From the NCBI GenBank assembly GCA_965277405.1, contig OZ255726.1, forward strand, positions 608,001-672,000: a stretch of 64,000 nucleotides of DNA, in the 5' to 3' direction. The position numbers were made by a program, and so were the translations under genes. This document shows positions 15,001-22,281 of this stretch, in pieces. The notes below the pieces were generated by a model that did no database searches, was not told where the DNA came from, and saw nothing but the letters and a program-made list of their open reading frames with translations. This DNA is from Gammaproteobacteria bacterium. Its GTDB lineage: Bacteria > Pseudomonadota > Gammaproteobacteria > G965277405. Every line of letters starts with the position of its first letter. The stretch's first letter is position 1.

Positions 15001-17625
15001 TGCAACAACAATCTGTAAACCTTCAGGTAGCTGTGGAGAAACTTCGCAGGTAACCACATCCCCGCCAATATTGCTAAACTTCACAGCTGGTATCGCTGTG
15101 TTTATGGTGAATATCTGACGGCTGGGACTTACTGATTCTGTGGCATCACCATTCAACTCTGGAATATCACTGTTCAAATCTTGGGTATCATCATTCACCG
15201 TGATACTTATCTCTGCGCTGCTAGTGCCGCCGCTATTCGTCGCGGTGATGGTATACGTTATCCCATCTTCTTGCAGGGTGGTTGGCGTACCTGTTATCTG
15301 ACAAGTTGCTGTATCATCTACTATGGTGGCAACTGCCAGCTGCAAACCACCAATTAGCTGTGGAGCAACATCACAGCTTGTCACCGCACCGCCTGCGTTG
15401 CCAAAATCAACAGCTGCTATCGCTGTGTTGATGGTGTATATCCGCGGGCTTGGATTTACTAACTCTGGGATATTATCGTTCACCGTGATGCTGATATCTG
15501 CGCTGCTAGTGCCGCCGCTATTAGACGCTGTTATTGTATACGTTATAGCGTCTTCTTGCAGGGTGGTTGGTATTCCTGTTAGCTGACAAGTTGCTGGATC
15601 TGCTATGGTGGCAAGCTGCAAACCACCAACTAGCGGCGGTACAACGCCACAGCTTGTTACCGCACCGCCTGTGTTGCCAAAATTCACAGCTGCTATCGCT
15701 GTGTTGATGGTGAATGGCTCCAAGATTGGGCTTGCTAACTCAGGGATATTAGCGGTCAATTCTGGACTACCACCGCTCAACTCTGGAATATCAGTATTCA
15801 ATTCTGGGGTATCATAATTCAACTCTGGGATATCAGTATTCAATTCTGGGGTATCACTGTTTAATTCCGGGATATCAGCGATCAGTTCTGGGCTACCACC
15901 GCTCAACTCAGGGACATCACCGTTTAATTCTGGGATATCACCGTTCAACTCTGTGATATCACCGTTTAATTCAAGGATATCACCGGTCAATTCTGGAATA
16001 TCACCATTCAACTCTGGGGTATCATCATTCACAGTGATACTTATCGCTGCGCTACTAGCACCGCCGCTGTTGGATGCTGTCACCGTATGCGTAGTTGTAG
16101 CTTGCAACTGCGCTGCTGTTCCTATCATCAAACACGTTGCTGTATCAGCTATGATTGCAACAACAATCTGTAAACCTTCAGGTAGCTGTGGAGAAACTTC
16201 GCAGGTAACCACATCCCCGCCAATATTGCTAAACTTCACAGCTGGTATCGCTGTGTTTATGGTGAATAGCTGATGGCTGGGACTTACTAATTCTGGGGTA
16301 TCATCATTCAATTCTGGAATATGGCCGTTCAACTCTGGGGTATCATCATTCACAGTGATACTTATCTCTGCGTTACTAGTGCCGCCGCTATTGGATGCTG
16401 TCACCGTATGCGTAGTTGTAGCTTGCAACTGCGCTGCTGTTCCTATCATCAAACACGTTGCTGTATCAGCTATGATTGCAACAACAATCTGTAAACCTTC
16501 AGGTAGCTGTGGAGAAACTTCGCAGGTATCCACATCCCCGCCAATATTGCTAAAGTTCACAGCTGGTATCGCTGTGTTTATGGTGAATATCTGACGGCTG
16601 GGACTTACTAATTCTGTGGCATCACCATTCAACTCTGGAATATCACTGTTCAAATCTTGGGTATCATCATTCACAGTGATACTTATCGCTGCGCTACTAG
16701 CACCGCCGCTATTGGACGCTGTCACCGTATGCGTAGTTGTAGCTTGCAACTGCGCTGCTGTTCCTATCATCAAACACGTTGCTGTATCAGCTATGATTGC
16801 AACAACAATCTGTAAACCTTCAGGTAGCTGTGGAGAAACTTCGCAGCTAACCACATCCCCGCCAGTATTGCTAAACTTCACAACTGGTATTATTACACCT
16901 TTTATGAAAACTTGCGCTGCAGGACTACTAAGATTTGCTGGCTCTGTTGGAGTAATAACGTCGCTTGATGAGTTATCTTGCTGCCACTCATCTGAATGTA
17001 TTGTTTGTAAAACAGTCGCAGTATTAGAGCCTGTAGCATTTGTCGCAGTTATTGTATAGTTCTTGGCAATTAGTTGTTCTACAGTTGGTGTCCCAATTAT
17101 TTGGCATGAATTGCCGTCATCTGTAACTGCTATCTCAAGCCCGCTCGGCATATCTGGGCTGACGTCACAGCCTGTTAAAAATACTCCACCATCGTTATCA
17201 AATACGGTGTTCTGTACAGGTGAATTTACCTTAAACACTTGCTTTGGTAAATTTTTGAGGTTGGGCTTTAACTGAACATTGATTCTGATCGTTACATCGG
17301 CAACAGAAATACCTAGAGCATTAAACGCAACGATTGTAACTATTTGACCACTGCTATCTGTTGTGGCATCAGGAGTTCCTGATATTTGGCATGTATCATT
17401 TGCTGCTCTTACTTGTAAATTAGCAGGCATATTTGTAGCAGTGCAGAATACAGCTGCGCCACCAATATTAGCAATTTCTAAGGAGGTATCAATGGTAATA
17501 CCCTTTGTATATACGACTTCGCCCGCGTTTGTTAATGCAGGTTTTTCTGTAACAGGATTTATTGAATCATCATTACTACAAGATGTAAGTAGTAACAAAA
17601 AACAAACTGCTATGTGTTTCCACAT
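1..17625 (-). CDS. Giant surface lipoprotein/adhesin with ~60 tandem Ig-like (He_PIG/putative Ig) repeats; 3' end lies outside the window
   Basis: ATG at 17625 gives MWKHIAVCFLLLLTS-C-SNDD (lipobox). No stop found in the segments translated by hand, all repeat units are multiples of 3, and the ORF track lists no closed minus-strand ORF here. Repeat consensus: NDNIPELxxPSPRIYTINTPIAAVDFGNTGGAVTSC...GLQLATIADPATCQLTGxPT.LQE..ITYTITATNSGGTSSAxISITV. Confidence 0.93.
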   Translation of the reverse strand, partial: MWKHIAVCFLLLLTSCSNDDSINPVTEKPALTNAGEVVYTKGITIDTSLEIANIGGAAVFCTATNMPANLQVRAANDTCQISGTPDATTDSSGQIVTIVAFNALGISVADVTIRINVQLKPNLKNLPKQVFKVNSPVQNTVFDNDGGVFLTGCDVSPDMPSGLEIAVTDDGNSCQIIGTPTVEQLIAKNYTITATNATGSNTATVLQTIHSDEWQQDNSSSDVITPTEPANLSSPAAQVFIKGVIIPVVKFSNTGGDVVSCEVSPQLPEGLQIVVAIIADTATCLMIGTAAQLQATTTHTVTASNSGGASSAAISITVNDDTQDLNSDIPELNGDATELVSPSRQIFTINTAIPAVNFSNIGGDVDTCEVSPQLPEGLQIVVAIIADTATCLMIGTAAQLQATTTHTVTASNSGGTSNAEISITVNDDTPELNGHIPELNDDTPELVSPSHQLFTINTAIPAVKFSNIGGDVVTCEVSPQLPEGLQIVVAIIADTATCLMIGTAAQLQATTTHTVTASNSGGASSAAISITVNDDTPELNGDIPELTGDILELNGDITELNGDIPELNGDVPELSGGSPELIADIPELNSDTPELNTDIPELNYDTPELNTDIPELSGGSPELTANIPELASPILEPFTINTAIAAVNFGNTGGAVTSCGVVPPLVGGLQLATIADPATCQLTGIPTTLQEDAITYTITASNSGGTSSADISITVNDNIPELVNPSPRIYTINTAIAAVDFGNAGGAVTSCDVAPQLIGGLQLAVATIVDDTATCQITGTPTTLQEDGITYTITATNSGGTSSAEISITVNDDTQDLNSDIPELNGDATESVSPSRQIFTINTAIPAVKFSNIGGDVVTCEVSPQLPEGLQIVVAIIADTATCLMIGTAAQLQATTTHTVTASNSGGTSNAEISITVNDDTPELNGHIPELNDDTPELVSPSHQLFTINTAIPAVNFSNIGGDVVTCEVSPQLPEGLQIVVAIIADTATCLMIGTAAQLQATTTHTVTASNSGGASSAAISITVNDDTPELNGDIPELTGDILELNGDITELNGDIPELNGDVPELSGGSPELIADIPELNSDTPELNTDIPELNYDTPELNTDIPELSGGSPELTANIPELASPILEPFTINTAIAAVNFGNTGGAVTSCGVVPPLVGGLQLATIADPATCQLTGIPTTLQEDAITYTITASNSGGTSSADISITVNDNIPELVNPSPRIYTINTPIAAVDFGNAGGAVTSCDVSAPLPSGLQLATIADPATCQLTGTPTALQEEPITYTITASNSGGTSSADISITVNDNIPELATSSPRIYTINTPIAAVDFGNTGGAVTSCEVGGDNSAAWPDGLTLKKTPDGASCQITGTPTALHEEEATYTITASNSGGTSSAAISITVNDNIPELATPNPRIYTINTPIAAVDFGNTGGAVTSCGVAPPLVGGLQLATIADPATCQLTGIPTTLQEDAITYTITATNSGGTSSAAISITVNDNIPALATPSPRIYTINTPIAAVDFGNLGGDVTSCGVVPPLVGGLQLATIADPATCQLTGIPTTLQEDAITYTITATNSGGTSRAAISITVNDNIPELATPSPRIYTINTAIAAVDFGNTGGAVTSCDVSAPLPSGLQLATIADPATCQLTGTPTVLQEDPITYTITATNSGGTSRAAISITVNDNIPALVNPSPRIYTINTPIAAVDFGNAGGAVTSCGVVPPLVGGLQLATIADPATCQLTGTPTTLQEDPITYTITATNSGGTSSAAISITVNDNIPALATPSPRIYTINTPIAAVDFGNTGGAVTSCEVVGDNSAAWPDGLTLKKTPDGASCQITGTPTALHEEEATYTITASNSGGTSSADISITVNDNIPALATPSPQHYTIDTAIATVNFSNTGGAVTSCEVGGDNSAAWPDGLTLKKTPDGASCQITGTPTALHEDATTYTITATNSGGTSSADISITVNDNIPALVSPSPQHYTIDTAIAAVDFGNTGGAVTSCEVGGDNSAAWPDGLTLKKTPDGASCQITGTPTALHEEEATYTITASNSGGTSSADISITVNDNIPALVSPSPQHYTIDTAIATVNFSNTGGAVTSCEVGGDNSAAWPDGLTLKKTPDGASCQITGTPTALHEDATTYTITATNSGGTSSADISITVNDNIPALVSPSPQHYTIDTAIAAVDFGNTGGAVTSCEVGGDNSAAWPDGLTLKKTPDGASCQITGTPTALQDEPITYTITATNSGGDSSADISITVNDNIPALANPSPRIYTINTPIAAVDFGNAGGAVTSCGVVPPLVGGLQLATIADPATCQLTGTPIVLQEDPITYTITATNSGGTSSADISITVNDNIPELVNPSPRIYTINTPIAAVDFGNAGGAVTSCEVVGDNSAAWPDGLTLKKTPDGASCQITGTPTALHEEEATYTITASNSGGTSSADISITVNDNIPALVNPSPRIYTINTPIAAVDFGNTGGAVTSCEVGGDNSAAWPDGLTLKKTTAGASCQITGTPTALHEEEATYTITASNSGGTSRAAISITVNDNIPALVSPSPQHYTIDTAIPTVNFSNTGGAVTSCEVGGDNSAAWPDGLTLKKTPDGASCQITGTPTALHEEEATYTITASNSGGTSSADISITVNDNIPELATPSPQHYTIDTAIPTVNFSNTGGAVTSCEVGGDNSAAWPDGLTLKKTPDGASCQITGTPTVLHEEEATYTITATNSGGTSSADISITVNDNIPALVSPSPQHYTIDTAIPTVNFSNTGGAVTSCEVGGDNSAAWPDGLTLKKTPDGASCQITGTPTALHEEEATYTITASNSGGTSSAAISITVNDNIPELVSPSPRIYTINTPIAAVDFGNAGGAVTSCDVSAPLPSGLQLATIADPATCQLTGTPTALQEEPITYTITATNSGGTSNAAITITVNDNIPELVNPSPRIYTINTPIAAVDFGNAGGAVTSCDVAPQLIGGLQLAVATIVDDTATCQLTGMPTALQVATTYTVTGFNSGGTSSADISITVNDNIPELVSPSPQHYTIDTAIAAVDFGNAGGAVTSCGVVPPLVGGLQLATIADPATCQLTGTPTVLQEDAITYTITATNSGGTSSADISITVNDNIPELATPSPRIYTINTPIAAVDFGNTGGAVTSCDVSAPLPSGLQLATIADPATCQLTGTPTVLQEDPITYTITATNSGGTSRAAISITVNDNIPALATPSPRIYTINTPIAAVDFGNTGGAVTSCDVSTPLPSDLQLATIADPATCQLTGTPTVLQEEPITYTITATNSGGTSSADISITVNDNIPALVNPSPRIYTINTPIAAVDFGNTGGAVTSCEVVGDNSAAWPDGLTLKKTPDGASCQITGTPTALHEEEATYTITASNSGGTSSADISITVNDNIPALVNPSPRIYTINTPIAAVDFGNTGGAVTSCEVGGDNSAAWPDGLTLKKTTAGASCQITGTPTALHEEEATYTITASNSGGTSRAAISITVNDNIPALVSPSPQHYTIDTAIPTVNFSNTGGAVTSCEVGGDNSAAWPDGLTLKKTPDGASCQITGTPTALHEEEATYTITASNSGGTSSADISITVNDNIPELATPSPQHYTIDTAIPTVNFSNTGGAVTSCEVGGDNSAAWPDGLTLKKTPDGASCQITGTPTALHEEEATYTITATNSGGTSSADISITVNDNIPALVSPSPQHYTIDTAIPTVNFSNTGGAVTSCEVGGDNSAAWPDGLTLKKTPDGASCQITGTPTALHEEEATYTITASNSGGTSSAAISITVNDNIPALVSPSPQHYTIDTAIAAVDFGNTGGAVTSCEVGGDNSAAWPDGLTLKKTTDGASCQITGTPTALHEEEATYTITASNSGGTSSADISITVNDNIPALVNPSPRIYTINTPIAAVDFGNTGGAVTSCGVVPPLVGGLQLATIADPATCQLTGIPTTLQEDAITYTITATNSGGTSSADISITVNDNIPALATPSPRIYTINTPIAAVDFGNAGGAVTSCGVSAPLPSDLQLATIADPATCQLTGTPTVLQEEPITYTITATNSGGDSSADISITVNDNIPALATPSPRIYTINTPIAAVDFGNAGGAVTSCGVVPPLVGGLQLVNIADPATCQLTGIPTTLQEDAITYTITATNSGGTSRAAISITVNDNIPELVSPSPRIYTINTPIAAVDFGNAGGAVTSCEVGGDNSAAWPDGLTLKKTPDGASCQLTGTPTALHEEEATYTITATNSGGTSSADISITVNDNIPELATPSPRIYTINTPIAAVDFGNTGGAVTSCDVAPQLIGGLQLATIADPATCQLTGIPTTLQEDAITYTITATNSGGTSRAAISITVNDNIPALVNPSPRIYTINTPIAAVDFGNTGGAVTSCDVAPQLIGGLQLATIADPATCQLTGIPTTLQEDAITYTITATNSGGTSRAAISITVNDNIPALVNPSPRIYTINTPIAAVDFGNTGGAVTSCGVVPPLVGGLQLVNIADPATCQLTGIPTTLQEEPITYTITATNSGGTSNAAITITVNDNIPELVNPSPRIYTINTPIAAVDFGNTGGAVTSCDVAPQLVGGLQLATVADPATCQLTGIPTALQEEPITYTITATNSGGTSSADISITVNDNIPELVNPSPRIYTINTAIAAVDFGNTGGAVTSCEVGGDNSAAWPDGLTLKKTPDGASCQITGTPTALHEEEATYTITASNSGGTSSAAISITVNDNIPALVSPSPQHYTIDTAIAAVDFGNTGGAVTSCEVGGDNSAAWPDGLTLKKTPDGASCQLTGTPTALHEEEATYTITATNSGGTSSADISITVNDNIPALATPSPRIYTINTPIAAVDFGNTGGAVTSCDVAPQLVGGLQLATVADPATCQLTGIPTALQEEPITYTITATNSGGTSSADISITVNDNIPELVNPSPRIYTINTAIAAVDFGNTGGAVTSCEVGGDNSAAWPDGLTLKKTTDGASCQITGTPTALHEEEATYTITASNSGGTSSADISITVNDNIPALATPSPRIYTINTPIAAVDFGNTGGAVTSCDVSTPLPSGLQLATIADPATCQLTGTPTTLQEDAITYTITATNSGGTSRADISITVNDNIPELVSPSPRIYTINTPIAAVDFGNAGGAVTSCDVSAPLPSGLQLATIADPATCQLTGTPTALQEEPITYTITATNSGGTSNAVITITVNDNIPELVNPSPRIYTINTPIAAVDFGNAGGAVTSCDVAPQLIGGLQLVNIADPATCQLTGIPTTLQEDAITYTITATNSGGTSSAAISITVNDNIPELVSPSPQSFTINTVIPTVDFGNTGGGVTSCDVSTPLPSGLQLATIADPATCQLTGTPTVLQEDPITHTITATNSGGTSNAAITITVNDNIPELVNPSPRIYTINTPIAAVDFGNTGGAVTSCGVVPPLVGGLQLATIADPATCQLTGIPTTLQEEPITYTITATNSGGTSSADISITVNDNIPELVNPSPRIYTINTAIAAVDFGNTGGAVTSCGVVPPLVGGLQLATIADPATCQLTGTPTVLQEEPITYTITATNSGGTSNAAITITVNDNIPALVSPSPQHYTIDTAIAAVDFGNTGGAVTSCEVGGDNSAAWPDGLTLKKTPDGASCQLTGTPTTLQEEPITYTITATNSGGTSSAAISITVNDNIPELATPSPRIYTINTPIAAVDFGNTGGAVTSCDVSTPLPSDLQLATIADPATCQLTGTPTVLQEEPITYTITATNSGGASSAAISITVNDNIPALATPSPRIYTINTAIAAVDFGNAGGAVTSCDVAPQLIGGLQLAVATIVDDTATCQLTGMPTALQEDAITYTITATNSGGTSSAAISITVNDNIPALATPSPRIYTINTAIAAVDFGNAGGAVTSCDVAPQLIGGLQLAVATIVDDTATCQLTGMPT
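14260..14553 (-). repeat. 14 x 21-bp coding repeat (NxDIPEL heptad), copy 1
   Basis: Translates NDDTPEL NGDIPEL TGDILEL NGDITEL NGDIPEL NGDVPEL SGGSPEL IADIPEL NSDTPEL NTDIPEL NYDTPEL NTDIPEL SGGSPEL TANIPEL. Confidence 0.9.
15736..16029 (-). repeat. 14 x 21-bp coding repeat (NxDIPEL heptad), copy 2
   Basis: Near-identical to 14260-14553 at an offset of 1476 bp. Confidence 0.9.
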
Positions 17626-18057
17626 TTGTATTTCACGTAAGTTGCTGTTAACGAATCAATCAACTGGCATAAGCACACCGCTGCATTGGCGTTGGCATAA
17701 TTCAAAATTATTAATTTTGACTCTGTTGCAACAGATTAAAATTTTATATATCTATATGTTTTATACAGATATTTTCTATAGATTAAAAGTTTAAATATTA
17801 GTTTAAAGTTGTTTGTTCAGTCAAACAGCTATTCTGACGCGACTATCCTACGAAATGCCCGCCATACCCTACTAACACCACCTACCTTTTTGATTGCACG
17901 CTATTGCTGCCATACATATCACCAACTAATTATTTGCTACTCCTACTCGATGTTGCGTTGTGGAAAACACCATTGCATACGACATTCATTGCCATTCTCT
18001 GCGCATGATATAAAAAATTCATTTGGTGTAATTACAAGTTTCTTCACCAAGTTATTC

Positions 18058-18200
18058 GCAATCGCTGCTGATTGCCAGGCGCATTGGACTGACGCATGCC
18101 GAAGCATATACGCCAAGGAATGCAATACAGCAAGTACCACAACTGCAGTAAACCAAACGTATATTGAACAGAGTGTGGAGAAAACCGCTGCGTTAACTGC
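18058..18200 (+). mobile_element. Degenerate partial MITE copy (left internal half, no TIRs)
   Basis: TTGCCAGGCGCATT...GCATATACGCCAAGGAATGCAATACAGCAAGTACC aligns with the full copies at 24643 and 32890. Confidence 0.7.
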
Positions 18201-18471
18201 GTGTTTTTGCGATGCGGGTTATGTAGCTGTGCAGCAACGGGCAATGGATGGTGAGTCAACGTTATTGGCAAGCAGCGTCAATTGAAAACAAGGAGTGGAG
18301 AGCAGCAACTTGAGAAATTGCAAGTTAGTGTTCGCTGAGCAAGCGGAAAAGCAATTGATAGACTATTACAAGAAAATAAAATAGAGATTTGAAATATATA
18401 ATGAATTATGAGAACCCATTTAAGTATCACTTTGAAAAAGATTTGATTTTAGTTGTTGAAACTAAACTGGC

Positions 18472-18610
18472 ATGGCGAATAATTGGCATTACGATAAGTT
18501 TAATATGCAGCTTGGCGATACACTCATCAATCCACATTTTGGTGATGACAAACCATTTGATGCTATTGTTGCCAACCCGCCTTATTCGGTGAAGTGGCTT
18601 GGCTATATCC
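18472..18610 (+). pseudogene. hsdM: Type I restriction-modification methyltransferase (HsdM) fragment
   Basis: [36 protein letters not shown]: NPPY motif IV in HsdM-like context; only ~45 aa, rest of gene and hsdS/R absent. Confidence 0.75.
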
Positions 18611-19422
18611 CGCTGCAAGGCAAAAAATTCTCAATAACAATCGGCATGGTATGAAAAAAATCATCGCCAAAAGTGTGTTGATATCACGGTTATTGGGGCT
18701 TGTGGATGCACTGTATACATAATAGGCTATATTGATTATACAAGCACTGATTTGCTTGATGGTATAAACAATTTTTGCTTTTGTGTGGGGTTATTGTTTA
18801 TGCGCCATGTCCTCCCGCCTTATTTTAACTAGGTGTATAGCCGCTTTGCAAACCCTGCAGCTGCGGGAATGGTTTGTTCGGTGTTGGACGCGGTTCTGTC
18901 GTCAATTAGCATCTAAGCGGGATATTGTGGGAGTTTGGCGGCAGTTTTCTCAATGCTGCTGCAACGTTTAAGATACGAGAAAATTCTCCTTTTGAAAACG
19001 ATTAAATTCTAGGAGATAACGTTGGCTACGGCAATAGATAAACAAGCCATTGGTCATGTCATTCATAGCAACAAAAGATCAAGCCAGTGCAGCGGACTAA
19101 ACAACGGCGACATTTGGCAGCTATAAAAAAATAGTACGCAAGATACGGACACAGACCCATTGATTAGCAAGCTGCGCTGTACGTATGCAAGCGTGTTTGC
19201 AAAACCAGTATCGGGTTAGATATGCGGGGAATAGCAACATCAATTGGCTGATATGGTGGCGTAGTGGCGGATACTGCGCCAAACAATAGGTTGTTTGACT
19301 GAAAAGACCAGCACAAATTGATTTGTAACCGTTGGATTGATAGAAAATTCTGTGTTTGTAGCAAATTTAACTCTGATGGTTACGGAGCCATGGTAGCATA
19401 TTTCCTGTTTAATATTAGGTTT

Positions 19423-20523
19423 ATGGTAGCGCCAGTGCTGATAACTAAAACAAAAAAATATAACATCGCAGTCGACATTGACAATGTAACCAAGCTCTTT
19501 GGTAACTTTGTAGCGCTGGACAATGTTTCACTTTGCGTCCGCGACAACGAATTTTTCACCCTTCTTGGTCCATCTGGGTGCGGAAAGACCACGCTTTTGC
19601 GCGTGATTGCTGGATTTGAGGACGTTACAAGAGGAGCAATCCGTCTCTATAACGAAGATATCGCGGACCTCCCACCAAACAAACGTCCAGTTAATACAGT
19701 ATTTCAACAATATGCTTTGTTTCCGCACATGGATGTAACAAACAATGTGATGTTCGGGTTACTGTGTCTCGGGATGGCTAAAAATGCAGCCAGAAAACGA
19801 GTGGATGAAGTTCTTGAATTAGTGCAATTAACTCCGTTCGCTGCTCGCATGCCTGCACAAATGTCAGGTGGTCAGCAACAACGAGTGGCTCTGGCCAGAG
19901 CTCTGGCTCCAGCCCCAAAAGTGTTACTTTTGGATGAACCGTTTTCCGCTCTAGATCTTAAACTACGACAGACCGTTCGCTTAGAACTGCAACAAATCCA
20001 GCAGAAAACTGGCATCACTTTTATTTTTGTCACGCATGACCAAGAAGAAGCTCTAACCATGTCGGATAGAATCGCGGTTATGAGCCATGGCAAAATCCAG
20101 CAAGTTGGTTCGCCTCAAGAGATTTATGAATCACCAGAAAATAAATTTGTTGCTTATTTTATCGGTGAGATCAACCTCATTAACGTCAGTGTTACAAAAG
20201 TTAGCAGCAACACGGCAATTTGCAAACTTCCTGGATCAAAACCCTTTTCCTGCCCAGCACCAGATGGCGCGGCGGTAGGCGCAGGGCAACTTTCTGTACG
20301 CCCAGAACGTGTTGCAATCGTCAGCCCGTCAACGGGTTTGTTGCAGGGTGTCGTTACTCGGCAGGTTTATTTGGGCACCGACATGCATGTCGAGGTTAGG
20401 CTCGATGACGGAGCAGTCGTCACCGCGCGAATACAGAATTTAGCAAAGACAACCATACCGCCGATTGGTAAATCTGTTGGTTTGAATTTCGACGTTGCTG
20501 TCGCGCGCCTATTGGTGAATTAA
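19423..20523 (+). CDS. potA: Polyamine-type ABC transporter ATPase (PotA-like)
   Basis: Walker A GPSGCGKT, MSGGQQQR signature, LLLDEP, C-terminal TOBE-like region; start uncertain (ORF open from 19318). Confidence 0.88.
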   Translation: MVAPVLITKTKKYNIAVDIDNVTKLFGNFVALDNVSLCVRDNEFFTLLGPSGCGKTTLLRVIAGFEDVTRGAIRLYNEDIADLPPNKRPVNTVFQQYALFPHMDVTNNVMFGLLCLGMAKNAARKRVDEVLELVQLTPFAARMPAQMSGGQQQRVALARALAPAPKVLLLDEPFSALDLKLRQTVRLELQQIQQKTGITFIFVTHDQEEALTMSDRIAVMSHGKIQQVGSPQEIYESPENKFVAYFIGEINLINVSVTKVSSNTAICKLPGSKPFSCPAPDGAAVGAGQLSVRPERVAIVSPSTGLLQGVVTRQVYLGTDMHVEVRLDDGAVVTARIQNLAKTTIPPIGKSVGLNFDVAVARLLVN

Positions 20524-21446
20524 TGGCTGCGCTAATTTCCAAAAAAACTAATTCTAACGGGAGTGTTTATACGGGTCTCGGCAATTTGTTGATGTTGCCT
20601 TCTTGGTTGATAATCGGCTTTTTTCTTGTTCTACCGCTTGGACTAATGCTTATCTATTCATTTCTGACGAAAGAATTTCGTGGGGGTGTTATCTGGGAGT
20701 TTTCACTCGGTGCTTACGATCAGTTCTTCGTCTACAGAGGACTATTTGGTGATGAGCCAGCACAGATTGAGTGGACCTATATAACAATTTTCTGGCGTTC
20801 CATCTGGCAGGCCACTGTCTCCACTTTCTTCTGCCTCATCATTGGCTTCCCGACGGCGTGGTTCATAGCAACACGGACAGGGAGTAACAAGTCTATCTGG
20901 TTATTTATGATCACAATTCCCTACTGGGTGAACCTGCTGATTAGAACGATTTCGATGAAGTTTCTAATACGAGATGCAGGTCCATTCAATGAATGGCTGA
21001 TGTCATTGGGAGTTATAAGCGAACCAATCCACATCATCAACACTAATTTTGCTGTGCAACTTGGACTTTTCTATTCGTATCTGCCATTCATGGTGTTGCC
21101 AATTTACGCCAGCGTGGAACGGTATAATTTTGTTCTTTCAGAAGCAGCCGCGGATCTGTATGCATCGCGTTGGATTACATTAAGGCACATCATTTTGCCA
21201 GCGATCAAGCCTGGAATCATTGCTGGTGCTATCCTCGTTTTTGTCCCAAGCCTCGGCACATTTTTGGCTCCTGATCTTCTTGGAGGAGCTAAGACATTTA
21301 TGATCGGCTCTCTCATTGAAGAACAGTTCAAAGGCAATGCTGGCAATTGGCCATTTGGTGCCGCCGCCGCAATGCTGTTGCTCACAATGATTCTAATTGT
21401 GCTGGGGTTGTATGCTCGAGAACAGGGCAAAGGTATGGCGCAATGA
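20523..21446 (+). CDS. potB: Polyamine-type ABC permease (PotB-like)
   Basis: Hydrophobic, EAAADLYA loop, NWPFGAA; TAATG overlap with potA. Confidence 0.88.
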   Translation: MAALISKKTNSNGSVYTGLGNLLMLPSWLIIGFFLVLPLGLMLIYSFLTKEFRGGVIWEFSLGAYDQFFVYRGLFGDEPAQIEWTYITIFWRSIWQATVSTFFCLIIGFPTAWFIATRTGSNKSIWLFMITIPYWVNLLIRTISMKFLIRDAGPFNEWLMSLGVISEPIHIINTNFAVQLGLFYSYLPFMVLPIYASVERYNFVLSEAAADLYASRWITLRHIILPAIKPGIIAGAILVFVPSLGTFLAPDLLGGAKTFMIGSLIEEQFKGNAGNWPFGAAAAMLLLTMILIVLGLYAREQGKGMAQ

Positions 21447-22255
21447 AGAGCGCGCAAATCAATTTAAGGTTCTTCCCTGGATTTATGCCGCTGACGTATC
21501 TTTGCCTGTTCCTACTGTATGCCCCCTTGATTATCATCATGGTCTATTCATTCAATGATAGCAATTCCATTACGATCTGGGGCGGGTTTTCACTGCGTTG
21601 GTATGAAGAAGTTTTCTTTGGTGTGGAAGCTGCAAAATTACGCTCAGCAGCTTTCAACTCACTGACTATCGCGGTTATTGCTGCTACTGTATCTACAGTC
21701 ATCGCCACGTTAGCGGCGACTGCAATGGCCAGGAGCGGTCAATTCCGCGGCAAATCGTTTGGCTTCTTGCTGATTAATCTTCCTATCATGGTGCCAGAAA
21801 TTGTAACGGCTGTGGCTACCTTAATTTTCTTTTCGACAATTGGGTTCACGACCAGTTACCTAACAATAGTGCTTGTCCATATCGTATTCTGCATACCTTT
21901 CGCGTATCTGCCGATAGCGGCACGGATGCTGAGCATCGATAACAATTATGAGCAAGCAGCACTTGATCTTTATGCAACGCGTTTTCAGGCATTCAGATTG
22001 ATACTGCTGCCGCTGATGTCCCCTGGCATCATCTCGGGATACCTGCTGGCATTCATCATTTCACTTGATGACTTCATCATAACAAATTTTGTAAAAGGTG
22101 CTGGTATCGAGACATTGCCTACGGCAATTTACGGATCCGTAAAACTAGGGATAAAACCCAATATAATGTCTATATCTACACTGCTTCTGCTAGTATCGGC
22201 AATTTTCGTCACCCTATCTTATCTGGTCGGTAGGTCGGGTGGGCAGAAGCAATAA
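21443..22255 (+). CDS. potC: Polyamine-type ABC permease (PotC-like)
   Basis: YSFN...[23 protein letters not shown]; ATGA overlap with potB. Confidence 0.88.
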   Translation: MKSAQINLRFFPGFMPLTYLCLFLLYAPLIIIMVYSFNDSNSITIWGGFSLRWYEEVFFGVEAAKLRSAAFNSLTIAVIAATVSTVIATLAATAMARSGQFRGKSFGFLLINLPIMVPEIVTAVATLIFFSTIGFTTSYLTIVLVHIVFCIPFAYLPIAARMLSIDNNYEQAALDLYATRFQAFRLILLPLMSPGIISGYLLAFIISLDDFIITNFVKGAGIETLPTAIYGSVKLGIKPNIMSISTLLLLVSAIFVTLSYLVGRSGGQKQ

Positions 22256-22281
22256 CGACCAATAACCATAGGGGAAATATC

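Larger units (their letters stand above)
1..17560. repeat. Tandem array of 276/285/288-bp coding repeats (92-96 aa domains), about 57 near-identical units plus divergent N-terminal units
   Basis: Marker TTCAC(C/A)GTGAT recurs about every 276-288 bp from ~200 to ~16670 (counted by eye). Confidence 0.95.

Noticed and set aside
1-17560. CRISPR array, DGR or invertase shufflon as explanation for the repeats
   Set aside because: Units are 276-288-bp in-frame coding repeats without unique spacers; no cas, reverse transcriptase or recombinase gene is in the window.
44-17794. About 50 similar hydrophobic 70-225 aa plus-strand ORFs that look like an array of small membrane proteins
   Set aside because: Nearly all lie in one frame antisense to the giant ORF; they are shadows of its Thr/Asn/Asp/Ile-rich codons, and the minus strand has the signal peptide and recognisable Ig-like repeats.
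17809-18285. 158-aa plus-strand ORF
   Set aside because: No recognisable family; the central part is translated MITE sequence.
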